Positions 30,990 to 41,894 are shown, counted from the first letter of the stretch. The stretch is 64,000 bases of DNA from Chromatiales bacterium (GCA_014762505.1 JABURS010000018.1:3889-67888); one strand, 5' to 3'. Notes: generated by a model from the sequence alone, not told the origin. A program made the numbers and translations.

Positions 30990-33659
30990 CTACGCCACCC
31001 GCCTTGCCAGTCCCCACAGGAGCTTACGCAGCTCCTCGATGACCAGCACGCTGGCGGCGATGCCGGTGGCCAGCAGCCAGTCGGCCAGGGCCAGGTCGGT
31101 AGTGCCGAAGATGGCCTGGGCCGGGGCCCAGTGCACGGCGACGACCTGCAGCAGGATCACGCCGGCCAGCGCGAGCCAGAGCTTGTGGTTGCGCAGGAAC
31201 TGGCGGTTGAAGGCCGTACCCTCCTCAGCCCGGGCGTTGAAGACGTTGAAGAACTGGAACAGCACGAAGGTGGTGAAGGCGAGCGTGACGGCGTAGTCGG
31301 TGCCGTTGAGCGCCAGGGCCCGGGTGAAGACGAACAGCGTGCCCACGGTCATGATGGTACCGAAGAGCAGCAGCCGCGCGAGCCGTGCCAGGGTGAGGAT
31401 CTGCGCACCGGGCCGGCGCGGGCGTTCCTCCATCAACCCGGGGCGGGCGGGCTCCACACCCAGGGTCATCGCCGGCGGACCATCCATGATGATGTTGATC
31501 CACAGCAGCTGGATGGCGGTGAACGGCATGGGCAGTGCCAGCAGCGTGGCGGTCAGCACGGTGAGGATGGCCGCGATGTTGGTGGAGAGCTGGAAGCGCA
31601 CGAACTTGACGATATTGTCGTAGATGACGCGCCCCTCCTCCACCGCGTGTTCGATGGTGACGACGTTGTCGTCGGTGAGCACCAGGGTGGCAGCCTCGCG
31701 GGTGACGGCCGTACCGGTGTCGCCCATGGCCACGCCGATGTCGGCGGCCTTGAGTGCCGGTGCGTCGTTCACGCCGTCGCCGGTCATGGCCACGACGTGA
31801 CCGTCGGCCTTGAGGGCGCGCACCAGCTTCACCTTGTGCTGGGGCGAGACGCGCGCGAACACGGCGATGGCATCGATGCGCCGGGCCAGCTCCGCCTCGG
31901 TCATGGCATCGAGCTCCGCACCCGTGATCACCTCGCCATCAAGCCGCAGCTCACGGGCCACGGCCGCTGCCGTCGCACGGTGGTCGCCGGTGATCATCTT
32001 CACCTGGATGCCGGCCTGCCGACAGCTGGCGATGGCGCCGGCCGCCTCGGGGCGTGGCGGGTCCATGAGCCCGACCAGGCCGAGGAAGGTCCATCCCTGT
32101 GCATAGGCCCAGAGGTCGCCCGCCGGGTCGAACCCGGCGGCCGGGATCTCCCGGCTGGCCACGGCCATCACGCGCATGGCCTGGTCGGCCAGGGCGTCGT
32201 TCTCCGCGAGCAGCGTCTCGCGCTGCGCGTCGTCCAGTGCCTGTGGGCCGGTGGCATCGGCGTAGTGGCTGGCACGCTCGAGCAACACGTCGGGCGCACC
32301 CTTCACATACATCACCACGTGGTCACCGCGATGATGGAAGGTGGCCATGAACTTGTGGGCCGAGTCGAAGGGGATCTCGGCCAGGCGCGGGTGACGTTCC
32401 TGTTCCGCCACCGGGTCCAGGCCGCCCTTTTGCGCCAGCACGTAGAGCGCGCCCTCGGTGGGGTCGCCGATGAGCCGGCCGTCGCGCACACGCGACTCGG
32501 TGCACAGCGCCATGGGCCGCAACAGCGGCGCGAGATCGAGATCGGCATCAGACGCGATCCGCCCCTCGGGCGCGTATCCCTCGCCGCTCACCGTGAAACG
32601 CTGCCCCGCATACCAGCCGGCACGTGCCGTCATCTGGTTGAGCGTGAGGGTGCCGGTCTTGTCGGTGCAGATCACGGTGGTGGCGCCCAGGGTCTCCACC
32701 GCCGAGAGGCGCTTGAGGATGGCGCGCTTGCGGGCCATGCGCCACATGCCGATGGCCAGCGTGACCGTGACCACCGCGGGCAGGCCCTCGGGCACCGCGG
32801 CCACCGCCAGCGCCACCGCCGTCATGGCCGCCTCGCTCCAGGGGATGCCGTGCCAGAGCGAGAGCGCGAAGATCGCGAGCACCACCACGGCCGCGATGGC
32901 CGCCAGACGCTTGCCGAGGACATCGAGCTGCTGCTGCAGCGGGGTCTGCCGGTCCGGCGCCTCGGCGATGAGCTCGGCGATGGCGCCCATCTCGGTGCGC
33001 ATGCCCGTGGCCACCACCAGCATCTCGCCACGCCCGCGCGTGACGACGGTATTCATGTAGAGCATGTTGCAGCGCTCGGCCAGCGGAAGCGTTGCCTGGT
33101 CGAGAGCCTCGGTAAACTTGCCCACCGCCTGCGACTCGCCGGTGAGCGCCGCCTCCTGCACCTCCAGGGTGTGGGCCGCGATGAGCCGTCCATCCGCCGG
33201 GACCTGGTCGCCGGCCTCGAGCAGCACCAGGTCGCCCGGCACGAGATCGGCGGCGGCCACCTCCTGCACGTGGCCGTCGCGCCGCACGCGCGCGGTGGGC
33301 ACGAGCATCTCCTTGAGGGCGGCGAGCGTGCGCTCGGCGCGGTGTTCCTGGTAGAAGCCCAGCAGGGCGTTGAGCAGCACCACCACGAGGATGACGATGG
33401 CGTCCTTGAGGTCGCCGATGGTCCAGGCGAGCACGGCGGCGAGCAGCAGCACCACGATGAGCACGCTGCGAAACTGGTCCAGCAGGCGCAGCCAGGCGGG
33501 CCGCGGCGGGGTCTCGGTGAGCCGGTTCGCGCCGACGCGTGCCCGGCGTTGCGCCACCTCGGCGGTGCCAAGGCCGGTCGCCGCGTCCGTATCCACGGCG
33601 CGCGCGGCCTCCTCCACCGTCAGGGTGTGCCAGGGCTGTTGCGAACCGTCGTCAGGCAT
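30990..33659 (-). CDS. P-type cation (Ca2+-type IIA) ATPase
   Basis: TGES, PEGL, DKTGTLT, KGAP, GDGVND. Confidence 0.95.
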   Translation of the reverse strand: MPDDGSQQPWHTLTVEEAARAVDTDAATGLGTAEVAQRRARVGANRLTETPPRPAWLRLLDQFRSVLIVVLLLAAVLAWTIGDLKDAIVILVVVLLNALLGFYQEHRAERTLAALKEMLVPTARVRRDGHVQEVAAADLVPGDLVLLEAGDQVPADGRLIAAHTLEVQEAALTGESQAVGKFTEALDQATLPLAERCNMLYMNTVVTRGRGEMLVVATGMRTEMGAIAELIAEAPDRQTPLQQQLDVLGKRLAAIAAVVVLAIFALSLWHGIPWSEAAMTAVALAVAAVPEGLPAVVTVTLAIGMWRMARKRAILKRLSAVETLGATTVICTDKTGTLTLNQMTARAGWYAGQRFTVSGEGYAPEGRIASDADLDLAPLLRPMALCTESRVRDGRLIGDPTEGALYVLAQKGGLDPVAEQERHPRLAEIPFDSAHKFMATFHHRGDHVVMYVKGAPDVLLERASHYADATGPQALDDAQRETLLAENDALADQAMRVMAVASREIPAAGFDPAGDLWAYAQGWTFLGLVGLMDPPRPEAAGAIASCRQAGIQVKMITGDHRATAAAVARELRLDGEVITGAELDAMTEAELARRIDAIAVFARVSPQHKVKLVRALKADGHVVAMTGDGVNDAPALKAADIGVAMGDTGTAVTREAATLVLTDDNVVTIEHAVEEGRVIYDNIVKFVRFQLSTNIAAILTVLTATLLALPMPFTAIQLLWINIIMDGPPAMTLGVEPARPGLMEERPRRPGAQILTLARLARLLLFGTIMTVGTLFVFTRALALNGTDYAVTLAFTTFVLFQFFNVFNARAEEGTAFNRQFLRNHKLWLALAGVILLQVVAVHWAPAQAIFGTTDLALADWLLATGIAASVLVIEELRKLLWGLARRVA

Positions 33660-33683
33660 TGCTCCCCCATGGCGGGTTTGCGT

Positions 33684-34274
33684 TCATCCCCAGTCGGCGC
33701 GCAGGGCCTCGCGGTTCAGGCGCAGCCACTGCAGGGCGATGATGGGTATGGCCGAATTGATGATGCCGCGATCGAGGAGCGCGAAGGCCTCCGCGGTATC
33801 GACCACGCGCACGCGGATGTCCTCGCCCTCCTCCGGCAGGCCGTGCAGGCCGCCAATACCCGTGCTATCGACCCGGCCCACGTAGAGGCTCAGCTGTTCG
33901 TCGGAGCTGCTCGGCGAGGGCAGGTAGTGATGGATGCGTTGCAGTGCCAGCAGTTCACAGCCGGCCTCCTCCAGCGCCTCGCGTCGGGCGACGTCTTCGG
34001 CAGCTTCCCCCGGCTCGATGATGCCGGCAATGATCTCGGTCAGCCAGGGACCGCCCTCGGCGGCCAGGGCGCCAATGCGAAACTGCTCGATGAGCACCAC
34101 CCGGTCGCTCAGCGGGTCGTAGGGCAGAACGGCCACCGCCGGGCGCTGGCTCAGTAGTTCGCGTTCGATGGGGCCGTTCATGCCGCCATCGAAGCGTGTG
34201 TGCCGCACCCGGTAGTGCAGGAACTCGAAGAAGCCGCGGTAGAGCGGACGCCGGCTGAGGATTTCCCACTTCAT
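33684..34274 (-). CDS. nudF: ADP-ribose pyrophosphatase
   Basis: VLPYDP, EQFRIG, Nudix box REALEEAG, EGEDIRV. Confidence 0.9.
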   Translation of the reverse strand: MKWEILSRRPLYRGFFEFLHYRVRHTRFDGGMNGPIERELLSQRPAVAVLPYDPLSDRVVLIEQFRIGALAAEGGPWLTEIIAGIIEPGEAAEDVARREALEEAGCELLALQRIHHYLPSPSSSDEQLSLYVGRVDSTGIGGLHGLPEEGEDIRVRVVDTAEAFALLDRGIINSAIPIIALQWLRLNREALRADWG

Positions 34275-34317
34275 ACCTGTGGTAGTGATTTCCCGGTGAG
34301 CGCCTATAATCGACCGA

Positions 34318-34620
34318 ATGGATGCGATAAGAACCAGCCTGCATGACCTGGTCGGCCGCCGGCTGGTATACGACGGCGTGGCCTGCCAGGTGATCGATGT
34401 GGTACACGACGGCCCTTACGTCGTGCTCTCCTGCGATGCCACGGTTGGCGTGATACAGGCCAACCAGTTCGGCGAGGCACGCCGCCGCGTGCCGCAGACC
34501 TACATGATCCCCCTGTGGAGCCAGGTGCGCGACGATCTGCACCCGGTGCTGCGCGAGCTGCTCAGCGTCGACGAATGCGACGCGCTCTGCGCCCTGGCCC
34601 GCTCAGCGCGCGGCCAGTAG
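34318..34620 (+). CDS. Hypothetical protein
   Basis: TATAAT just upstream; coding-like bias; 3' end overlaps kdsB. Confidence 0.6.
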   Translation: MDAIRTSLHDLVGRRLVYDGVACQVIDVVHDGPYVVLSCDATVGVIQANQFGEARRRVPQTYMIPLWSQVRDDLHPVLRELLSVDECDALCALARSARGQ

Positions 34621-35358
34621 CGCCGCCACCGTCTTAGCGTCCTCCGGCGTGTCCACGCCATGCCCCGGTGCCTCCAGGGCCTCTCCCACGTAGATCCGCT
34701 CGCCGTGATGCAGCGCTCGCAGCTGTTCGAGCTGCTCGAGCAGTTCGAGGGTGCAGGGCTCCATGGTGGTGAAGCGGCGCAGGAAACCCACGCGATAGGC
34801 GTACAGGCCGATATGACGGAAGCAGGCCTTCACCTCGGGGTGGGCCTCCACGTCGAAGGCGTCGCGCTCCCAGGGGATGGCGGCACGGGAGAAATACAGC
34901 GCGTAGTTGTTCGCGTCGCGCACCACCTTCACCACGTGCGGATCGAACAGTTGCGTGGCGGAGTGGATGGGCGTGCACAGCGTGGCAATGCTGGCATCGG
35001 GGTGTGCGGCCAGGTCGTCGGCGACCTGGCGCACGATGCGGCCCGGCGTGAGCGGCTCGTCGCCCTGCAGGTTCACCACGATGTCGTCGTCGGACCAGCC
35101 GAGCGCCTCGGCCACCTCGGCCAGCCGGTCGCTGCCCGAACGATGCGTGCTGGCCGTCATGCACACGCTGGCACCGAAGGCCTCGGCGGCCTCGCGCACG
35201 CGGTCGTCGTCGGTGGCGACCACCACGTCGCCCACGCCGCTCTCCAGGGCGCGCTCGTGGACGTGACGGATCATCGGTTTGCCGGCCAGGTCGACCAGCG
35301 GCTTGCCCGGCAGGCGCGAGGAACCGAAGCGGGCCGGAATGGCGACATGAAACCTCAT
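34603..35358 (-). CDS. kdsB: CMP-Kdo synthetase
   Basis: [41 protein letters not shown]. Confidence 0.97.
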   Translation of the reverse strand: MRFHVAIPARFGSSRLPGKPLVDLAGKPMIRHVHERALESGVGDVVVATDDDRVREAAEAFGASVCMTASTHRSGSDRLAEVAEALGWSDDDIVVNLQGDEPLTPGRIVRQVADDLAAHPDASIATLCTPIHSATQLFDPHVVKVVRDANNYALYFSRAAIPWERDAFDVEAHPEVKACFRHIGLYAYRVGFLRRFTTMEPCTLELLEQLEQLRALHHGERIYVGEALEAPGHGVDTPEDAKTVAALLAAR

Positions 35359-35546
35359 TTGCGGTAGCGCTCCGCTTCCTCGTCGGTGAGCCTGCGGGCC
35401 TCTTCCTCCAGCATCACCGGGATGCCGTCGCGCACCGGGTAGGCCAGGCGCGCGGCCACCGAGATGAGTTCCTCGGCCTTCTTGTCGTAGACCAGCGGCC
35501 CCTTGGTCACGGGGCAGGCCAGGATGTCCAGCAGTCGTTTATCCAT
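35355..35546 (-). CDS. ycaR: Trm112 family protein
   Basis: [29 protein letters not shown]. Confidence 0.93.
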   Translation of the reverse strand: MDKRLLDILACPVTKGPLVYDKKAEELISVAARLAYPVRDGIPVMLEEEARRLTDEEAERYRK

Positions 35547-36552
35547 GGGTGTCTCGTCGATATTTCGCATTGGCGCCCGCGATCTCGCGCACGCGTTTCA
35601 TGAGTTGTTGCGCGAAGGTCTTGTCGGGCGAGGCCGAGACGGGGACCATCCACGCATTGTCGAGATTCAGGTGGCGGCACTTCACGGCGTCCTTCTCCGT
35701 CATGAAGATGGGCAGTTCGTCGCCGAAATCGAGTTCCTCGGCGGTGAAGCCGTGGTGATCCGGGAAGGGATGCGGAATCACCTCGATGCCGTTGACGCGC
35801 AGCATATCAAAGAAGCGCTCGGGATGGCCGATGCCGGCCACGGCATGCACCTGCTGGTGACGGAAGGCATCGAGGGTATTGGCCATCTGGCTGTCGCGGA
35901 TGTTCACCGCGACGTTGCCGCGCAGCCCCATGGCGAACTCGCCCTGCTTCGCCATTCCGTTGACGATGACGAAGTCGCAGTCCGCAAGCCACGAGACGGG
36001 CGCGCGCAGGGGGCCGGCGGGCAGGCAGAAACCGTTGCCGAAACGCCGACGGCTGTCGACCATGGCGATCTCGATGTCGCGCTTGAGGCGGTAATGCAGG
36101 AGGCCGTCATCGACGATGAGCACGTCGACGCCATGCTCGGCCAGCAGCGCCCGGGCCGCCTTGTTGTAGCGTGGTGCCACGTAGACGGGGGCGCCGGTGC
36201 GCGTGGCGATCAGCACCGATTCGTCGCCGACCTCGCCGGCATCGCTGGCCGGCGTGACCCGCTGCGGCCAGTCCCGGCCGCTGCCGCCCTGCCCGCTGCT
36301 GACGACACCCGCACGCAGGCCGTTGGCCCGCAGCTGGTTCACCAGCCAGACCACCAGCGGCGTCTTGCCCGTCCCGCCCACGGTGATACCGCCCACCACC
36401 ACGACCACCGGCACCCTGAGCCGCGGCCAGATACGGTTGCGCTGGCGAAAAAGGCCCCGTCGCAACACCACCAGTCCGCAGTACAGTTTCGATGCCGGCC
36501 AGAGCAGGTAGGCCAGCAGCCCCTTCCTGTACCAGCTGGACTCGATCCCCAT
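35539..36552 (-). CDS. lpxK: Tetraacyldisaccharide 4'-kinase (motif-divergent)
   Basis: [38 protein letters not shown]. Confidence 0.93.
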   Translation of the reverse strand: MGIESSWYRKGLLAYLLWPASKLYCGLVVLRRGLFRQRNRIWPRLRVPVVVVVGGITVGGTGKTPLVVWLVNQLRANGLRAGVVSSGQGGSGRDWPQRVTPASDAGEVGDESVLIATRTGAPVYVAPRYNKAARALLAEHGVDVLIVDDGLLHYRLKRDIEIAMVDSRRRFGNGFCLPAGPLRAPVSWLADCDFVIVNGMAKQGEFAMGLRGNVAVNIRDSQMANTLDAFRHQQVHAVAGIGHPERFFDMLRVNGIEVIPHPFPDHHGFTAEELDFGDELPIFMTEKDAVKCRHLNLDNAWMVPVSASPDKTFAQQLMKRVREIAGANAKYRRDTHG

Positions 36553-37706
36553 TACCAGTCAAATATCCTTTGCAGAAATTCGTCGATGGTCTTCTGCAAT
36601 GTCCGACGTTCCTCCCAGAACAGTCGTCGGCAGGCATCCCCCTGCCGCCGGCCCTCTGCCGGGGCCTCGCGATACCCGGCCCAGAGGGCGAGCACCGCCG
36701 TTGTATCCTCGCATTGCTGCAGGGCTTTCGCCAGTGCCGCGTGCAGGCGGGACAGTCCCGGGCGGATGCTGATGGCCGAACCACCGGCCAGCGCCGACCA
36801 CAGCGTGGTCTGCTCTGCCTGGGCCAGGTGGCCGGCATGGATGGCGCTCGCCACCGCGCCAGTCCAGCGCATGTCGTCCAGCCAGACCACGCTGCCGGCG
36901 GCAAGTGGCTGACGCTGCCAGTCGCTGATCTGCAGGTCCGCGCCGGCGTCCGCTGGTGCCGCCTGGCCGTCGGCGGAGACGAAGAGTACGCCGTTGTCGG
37001 CCAGCGCCGACTCGCGCCAGTGGCGGATGAAGTCACCGGCCTCTGCCGGCGGCCCCTGCCACCACCACAGTTCGCGCTCTTCCCCGCCGGTGACCAGGCT
37101 GCGCAGGGTGGTGTCCACCTGCGCCTCGACGAACAGGCTGTGCGGATCGGCCGGCGCGGCGACGTATCCCGCCGTGCCCGCCGCCTCCCAGGCCGCGGCC
37201 TGGGCCACGTCCACCGGGTAGGCGGCCTCGACCGGCGCCTGCCCCGGGGCGGTGTTGAAGGCGAGCAGGTGCGCCCCGGCGGCATTGGCCCGGCGCGCGA
37301 GGTGTTCGGGGAAGGCGCTGTCGACCAGGATCACGCCAAAGGGCTCGAAGCGTTGCCAGGTGCGGCGCACCGCCGCAGGCCGGTCGCAGGGGCCGAAGCC
37401 CAGGCCGATCTTGCGCATGCCGGCCACGCGCGGTTCGAGGATGTCGGCGTAGTCCTCCTCGAAGGTGAGCACCAGGCGCAGGTCGTGGCGTTTCTGCCGG
37501 ATCGCGCCCATCAGCTCGACGCCCAGACGCACGGAGTCGCGGGTGCCACCGGCCTTGATCCAGACGAGCCTGCCCTCGCCAGCCGGCGGACGCAGATAAC
37601 CCAGGCGCGCGTTGGCCCGGGCATGCTCGCCGCGCAGGCGGTCGCGCCAGGTCTGCAGGAACACACTGGACCAGGCGGCGCCGTAGCTCTTCGGGTTGCA
37701 GGACAT
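36552..37706 (-). CDS. Divergent WaaA/KdtA-like glycosyltransferase-fold protein
   Basis: ARLG..LVWIKA..RLVLT..PCD..VRR..FEP pattern of WaaA N-domain; TAATG coupling to lpxK. Confidence 0.55.
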   Translation of the reverse strand: MSCNPKSYGAAWSSVFLQTWRDRLRGEHARANARLGYLRPPAGEGRLVWIKAGGTRDSVRLGVELMGAIRQKRHDLRLVLTFEEDYADILEPRVAGMRKIGLGFGPCDRPAAVRRTWQRFEPFGVILVDSAFPEHLARRANAAGAHLLAFNTAPGQAPVEAAYPVDVAQAAAWEAAGTAGYVAAPADPHSLFVEAQVDTTLRSLVTGGEERELWWWQGPPAEAGDFIRHWRESALADNGVLFVSADGQAAPADAGADLQISDWQRQPLAAGSVVWLDDMRWTGAVASAIHAGHLAQAEQTTLWSALAGGSAISIRPGLSRLHAALAKALQQCEDTTAVLALWAGYREAPAEGRRQGDACRRLFWEERRTLQKTIDEFLQRIFDW

Positions 37707-37756
37707 GTCAGCTCAGCCGGCCACGCGGCCCGGCAGTGGCGCCACGGGGCACGGGG

Positions 37757-38176
37757 CTAGTCGCCCGCGCCACGCGTGGTGGCGATGGAGAGGCGCGTGA
37801 GGCCGGCCTTCTGGGCTGCGTCCATGGCCGTGACCACGGACTGGTGCGGGGTGTTGGCATCGGCGCGGATGATCACCGGCAGGTCCGTCTTGCCGGCGGC
37901 GGCCTTCTCCAGTGCGGTGCGCACCGTCTCCGCCTTGGTGTTTACCAGCTCGTTGCCGTTGAGGAAGTAGCTGCCGCTGGCGTCGATCACCAGCTCGAGC
38001 TTGTCCACCTGCTGCTCTTCCGGCGCCTGCGCGGCCTGCGGCAGGTTGATCTTGAGCTCGCTGGCGCGATCGAAGGTGGTGGTCACCATGAAGAAGATCA
38101 GCAGCAGGAACACCACGTCGATCAGCGGCGTGAGGTTGATGTCGACGCTCTCGCTGCGGCGCGGGCGGAAATTCAC
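37757..38176 (-). CDS. exbD: ExbD/TolR family protein
   Basis: INLTPLIDVVFLLLIFFMVTT; IRADA..HQSVV. Confidence 0.92.
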   Translation of the reverse strand: MNFRPRRSESVDINLTPLIDVVFLLLIFFMVTTTFDRASELKINLPQAAQAPEEQQVDKLELVIDASGSYFLNGNELVNTKAETVRTALEKAAAGKTDLPVIIRADANTPHQSVVTAMDAAQKAGLTRLSIATTRGAGD

Positions 38177-38811
38177 GCGGCCTGCTCCCGGCCCATGTCG
38201 GCCTGTTCGCGTTCACCGTGCATGACCTCGACCAGCTTGATGGCCTCCTGCTCCATCACCACCACCAGCTCGTCCACCTTGCCGCGGAAATAGCGGTGGA
38301 AGATGAGGCTGGGCACGGCCACGGAGATGCCGGTCGCGGTGGTGATGAGGGCCTCGGAGATACCCCCGGCGAGCTGGCCCGGATTACCCACGCCGACGTC
38401 GGTGATGACGCTGAATACGGTGATCATGCCGATGACGGTACCCAGCAGGCCGAGCAGCGGCGTGATGGCGGCGATGGTGCCCAGGGTGTTGAGGAACCGC
38501 TCGAGCTCGTGGGCGACGTGGCGGCCGGTCTCCTCGATGCCCTCCTTCATCACCTCGCGGCTGTGATTGCGGTTGACGAGGCCGGCGGCCAGTACGCGAC
38601 CCAGCGGCGAACCGGCGCGCAGCTCACGGATACGCTCCTCGGTGAGCTGCCCCTGCTGGGCCCACTGCCAGATCTGGGCGACCAGCTGGCGGGGGATCAC
38701 GCGCGAGCGCTTCAGGCTCCACAGCCGCTCGAGGACGATGGCGAGCGCCACCACGGAACATGCGATGATCGGCAGCATGAGCCAGCCGCCGGCCTTGATG
38801 ATCTCGAACAC
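38173..38811 (-). CDS. exbB: MotA/TolQ/ExbB proton channel
   Basis: GTG start; PLLGLLGTVIGMI, GISEALITTA. Confidence 0.92.
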   Translation of the reverse strand: MFEIIKAGGWLMLPIIACSVVALAIVLERLWSLKRSRVIPRQLVAQIWQWAQQGQLTEERIRELRAGSPLGRVLAAGLVNRNHSREVMKEGIEETGRHVAHELERFLNTLGTIAAITPLLGLLGTVIGMITVFSVITDVGVGNPGQLAGGISEALITTATGISVAVPSLIFHRYFRGKVDELVVVMEQEAIKLVEVMHGEREQADMGREQAA

Positions 38812-38884
38812 GCGCGAATCCCCTGTCGGTTCCTTGAAGTGGCGCCATGATACCCGATTGCCAGCGGTGACTGAATGCCGCCCG

Positions 38885-41218
38885 TCACAGTCCGTCGCGC
38901 CGGTGCCAGAAGCGTCGATACTGCTCGCGATGCGCGACCACCGGACCCGGGCCGGTCGATGACAGCGTGAACTGCAGGGCACCCGAACGCGCCGTCTCAT
39001 GCACCAACACGCCCCGCTCGGCATAGCGTGCCAGCACCTCGGGCTTGGGAAAGCCGAAGCGGTTGCGGTATCCCGCCGGCACCAGGGCCACCGAGGGTTG
39101 CACGGCATCGAGGAAATACGCCGTCGAGGAGGTGTTGCTGCCATGATGGGGCACCACCAGCACATCGCTGCGCAAGGCATCACCGTGTGCATGCACCAGC
39201 GCCCATTCCCCCTCCGCCTCGATGTCGGCAGCGAGCAGCACCGCCCGCCCACCGGCGCTCACCTGCAGCACACAGGAACCGTTGTTTTCCGAACCGCGAT
39301 AACGGGGGGTTGGGTGCAGGATCGCGAAATCCACCCCGTCCCACTGCCAGCGCTGGCCTGCCCGGCAGGGGCGCGCAACGGGCGAGACCGCCGTCGGCAC
39401 GCTGGCCAGCACCTCGCCCACCGGGATCTGCGCGAGCAGCGAGTCGGCCCCGCCGCGATGGTCGTTGTCGCCGTGGGAGATCACCAGCGTATCCACGGCG
39501 CCCTGCCCGCGATGACGCAGATAGGGCAGGACCACCGCCGCCCCGGTGTCGAAGTCCGGGCTGAAGCGCGGGCCGGTATCGAAGACGAGCAGGTGCTGCC
39601 GGGTCTCGATCACCGCCGCCAGTCCCTGGCCGACATCGAGCAGCGTGACGACCGCCTCGCCGGCAGCCGGCCGCTCCACCACCGGGAACAGCAGCGGCAG
39701 GCACAGCACCAGACCGAGCGGCCTCCCCGGCATGCCGCGTGGCAGCAGCAGCCAGGCGCTGCCCGCCACCGCCAGCAGCAGGACGAGCGGCGTGGGGGCC
39801 GGCCGGTGCCACAGCTGCAGCGGTTGCGCCGCCAGCAGCGACAGCAGCTGCCACAGGGGCTCGAAGACCGCCGATACCAGCTGCAGCAGGCACCCGGCCA
39901 GCGACGGCGACAGCGGCGCCATGAGGGTCGCGAGCAGCACCGGTGGCACCACCAGCAGGCTCACCCAGGGGACGGCGACGAGGTTGGCCAGCGGCGCACC
40001 CAGCGAGGCGCGCTGGAACCAGTAGGTGGTGAACGGCAGCAGGCCGATGGCCAGCAGGTACTGCGCCCGTATCCAGCCGCCGAGCTGTCGCCGCGCCCGT
40101 GTCGTGCGTGCGGGTACGGCCCCGGGCGGCAGCCGTCCGCGAAAGCCGAACAGCAGCAGGGCCACGGCCGTGAACGACAGCCAGAAGCCCGGTGCCAGCA
40201 CGGCCGTTGGATCCAGCAGCAGCACCGCCACCAGGGCGAGCGCCAGCCCCGTCGAGGCCTGCACCATGCGCCGCAGCAGGATCGCGCCGAACAGCACCGC
40301 CAGCATGATGAGTGCGCGCTGGGTCGGAATGGAGAAGCCCGCCAGTGCGGCATAGACCAGGGCCGCGAGCAGACCGCCGACGGCGGCCCAGCAGGGTGCT
40401 GGCCAGCGCAGTGCGAGCGCGGGCCAGCGGGCGACGAGCAGCCGCAACAGCCAGAAGGCCAGCCCGCCGACCAGGCCGATGTGCAGGCCGGAGATGGCAA
40501 CGAGGTGATTGGTGCCGGTGCGCAGCAGGACGTCCCAGCTCGCGGCATCGATGCGGGAACGGTCACCCAGCGCCAGGGCGAGCAGGATGCCGAAGTGCGG
40601 CAGTTCGCCGCCGGCCTCGGTCAGGCGCGCGCGCAGCCCGGCGCGCAGGCAGTCGAGCGGGTAGCCCCCCACCTCCAGGCGCCGGTTCTCGCCACGCTCG
40701 CGTACGTAGCCCGTGGCGCCGACACGCTGCTGAAACAGCCAGCCTTCATAATCGAAGCCGCCCGGGTTGTGAAACCCGTTCGGGCGCTTGAGGCGCACCG
40801 TCAATCGCCAGCGTTCGCCGGCCACCGGCATGGCCTCGCTGCGATACCAGCTCAGACGCAGACGCTGCGGCACGCCGGACGGCGCATCCACCGGCTCGAA
40901 CAGGAAACGCCGGGCATCGTGGCGCAGCTCGGTGAGGCCCCGCACATGGCCCTCGAGCACCAGGTCCTGCCCCTCCAGCGCCGGGTCGAGTAGCGGGTGC
41001 AGCACGAGGTGGGCGTGGAGCCAGGACCAGAGCAGGCCGATGGCCAGGCCGGCGCCCAGACGCACGACGGGACGCAGGCGGCGCTGCAGCCGGTGACGTG
41101 GAATGACGAGCAAGGCGAGCGCCGGCGGCAGCAGCATCGCCCAGAATGGCGAGGGCAGCGTGGCCGGTTGATGGGCCAGCCAGGTGCCGATGAGCAGGCC
41201 GATGGCGAAAAGGCGCAT
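38885..41218 (-). CDS. comEC: Competence protein ComEC/Rec2
   Basis: NPGGFDY, HLVAISGLH, LDVGQG, SHGDNDH, PHHGS. Confidence 0.95.
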   Translation of the reverse strand: MRLFAIGLLIGTWLAHQPATLPSPFWAMLLPPALALLVIPRHRLQRRLRPVVRLGAGLAIGLLWSWLHAHLVLHPLLDPALEGQDLVLEGHVRGLTELRHDARRFLFEPVDAPSGVPQRLRLSWYRSEAMPVAGERWRLTVRLKRPNGFHNPGGFDYEGWLFQQRVGATGYVRERGENRRLEVGGYPLDCLRAGLRARLTEAGGELPHFGILLALALGDRSRIDAASWDVLLRTGTNHLVAISGLHIGLVGGLAFWLLRLLVARWPALALRWPAPCWAAVGGLLAALVYAALAGFSIPTQRALIMLAVLFGAILLRRMVQASTGLALALVAVLLLDPTAVLAPGFWLSFTAVALLLFGFRGRLPPGAVPARTTRARRQLGGWIRAQYLLAIGLLPFTTYWFQRASLGAPLANLVAVPWVSLLVVPPVLLATLMAPLSPSLAGCLLQLVSAVFEPLWQLLSLLAAQPLQLWHRPAPTPLVLLLAVAGSAWLLLPRGMPGRPLGLVLCLPLLFPVVERPAAGEAVVTLLDVGQGLAAVIETRQHLLVFDTGPRFSPDFDTGAAVVLPYLRHRGQGAVDTLVISHGDNDHRGGADSLLAQIPVGEVLASVPTAVSPVARPCRAGQRWQWDGVDFAILHPTPRYRGSENNGSCVLQVSAGGRAVLLAADIEAEGEWALVHAHGDALRSDVLVVPHHGSNTSSTAYFLDAVQPSVALVPAGYRNRFGFPKPEVLARYAERGVLVHETARSGALQFTLSSTGPGPVVAHREQYRRFWHRRDGL

Positions 41219-41321
41219 TTTCCGATCCCTGGAAAATCATGGATAATGTGGCTGCCACACCCAGGCCCGCGTCAGTCGGGCCCTATACAACAGACGACGA
41301 GCCGGACTATCTAGCCCCAGC

Positions 41322-41879
41322 ATGCCGAGACGATTCTTCAGACGCGTTCTGCCCGACCATGCCCGGGTTCGGGAACACAAGGCGCTGCAGTTCTTCGGCA
41401 CCCTGCTCCACGACCCCAACCTCTGGCACCTCAACCGGCGTTCGGCCGCCGGGGCCTTCGCCATCGGCCTGTTCATGGCCTTCGTGCCCATCCCCTTCCA
41501 GATGGCCGCCGCCGCGGCACTGGCCATCCTCTTCCGGGTGAACCTGCCGATCGCCGTGGCGCTGGTGTGGATCACCAACCCCATCACCATGCCGCCCATC
41601 TTCTTTTCGGCCTACAAGCTGGGCGCCTGGGTGCTGGATACGCCGCCCATGCTGTTCAGCTTCGAACTGAGCTGGGACTGGCTGGTGACCGACATGCTGC
41701 ATATCTGGAAGCCCTTCCTGCTCGGCTGCCTGATCATGAGCACCACCAGCGCGATTGCCGGCTATGTGGCCATCCGTGTGATCTGGCGCATCTCCATCGT
41801 GCTGCGGCTGAAGGAACGCCGCCTGGCGCGCCTGGCCCGTCATTCGCGCAACGGCGACGACGATCCCCCCTGCCCCTGA
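41322..41879 (+). CDS. DUF2062 protein
   Basis: NLWHLNRRS..WITNPIT; usual position between lolD and comEC. Confidence 0.88.
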   Translation: MPRRFFRRVLPDHARVREHKALQFFGTLLHDPNLWHLNRRSAAGAFAIGLFMAFVPIPFQMAAAAALAILFRVNLPIAVALVWITNPITMPPIFFSAYKLGAWVLDTPPMLFSFELSWDWLVTDMLHIWKPFLLGCLIMSTTSAIAGYVAIRVIWRISIVLRLKERRLARLARHSRNGDDDPPCP

Positions 41880-41894
41880 TCGCGGCCCCGCGTC

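Noticed and set aside
29714-33680. Genomic island at ssrA
   Set aside because: No integrase, att duplication or obvious compositional shift
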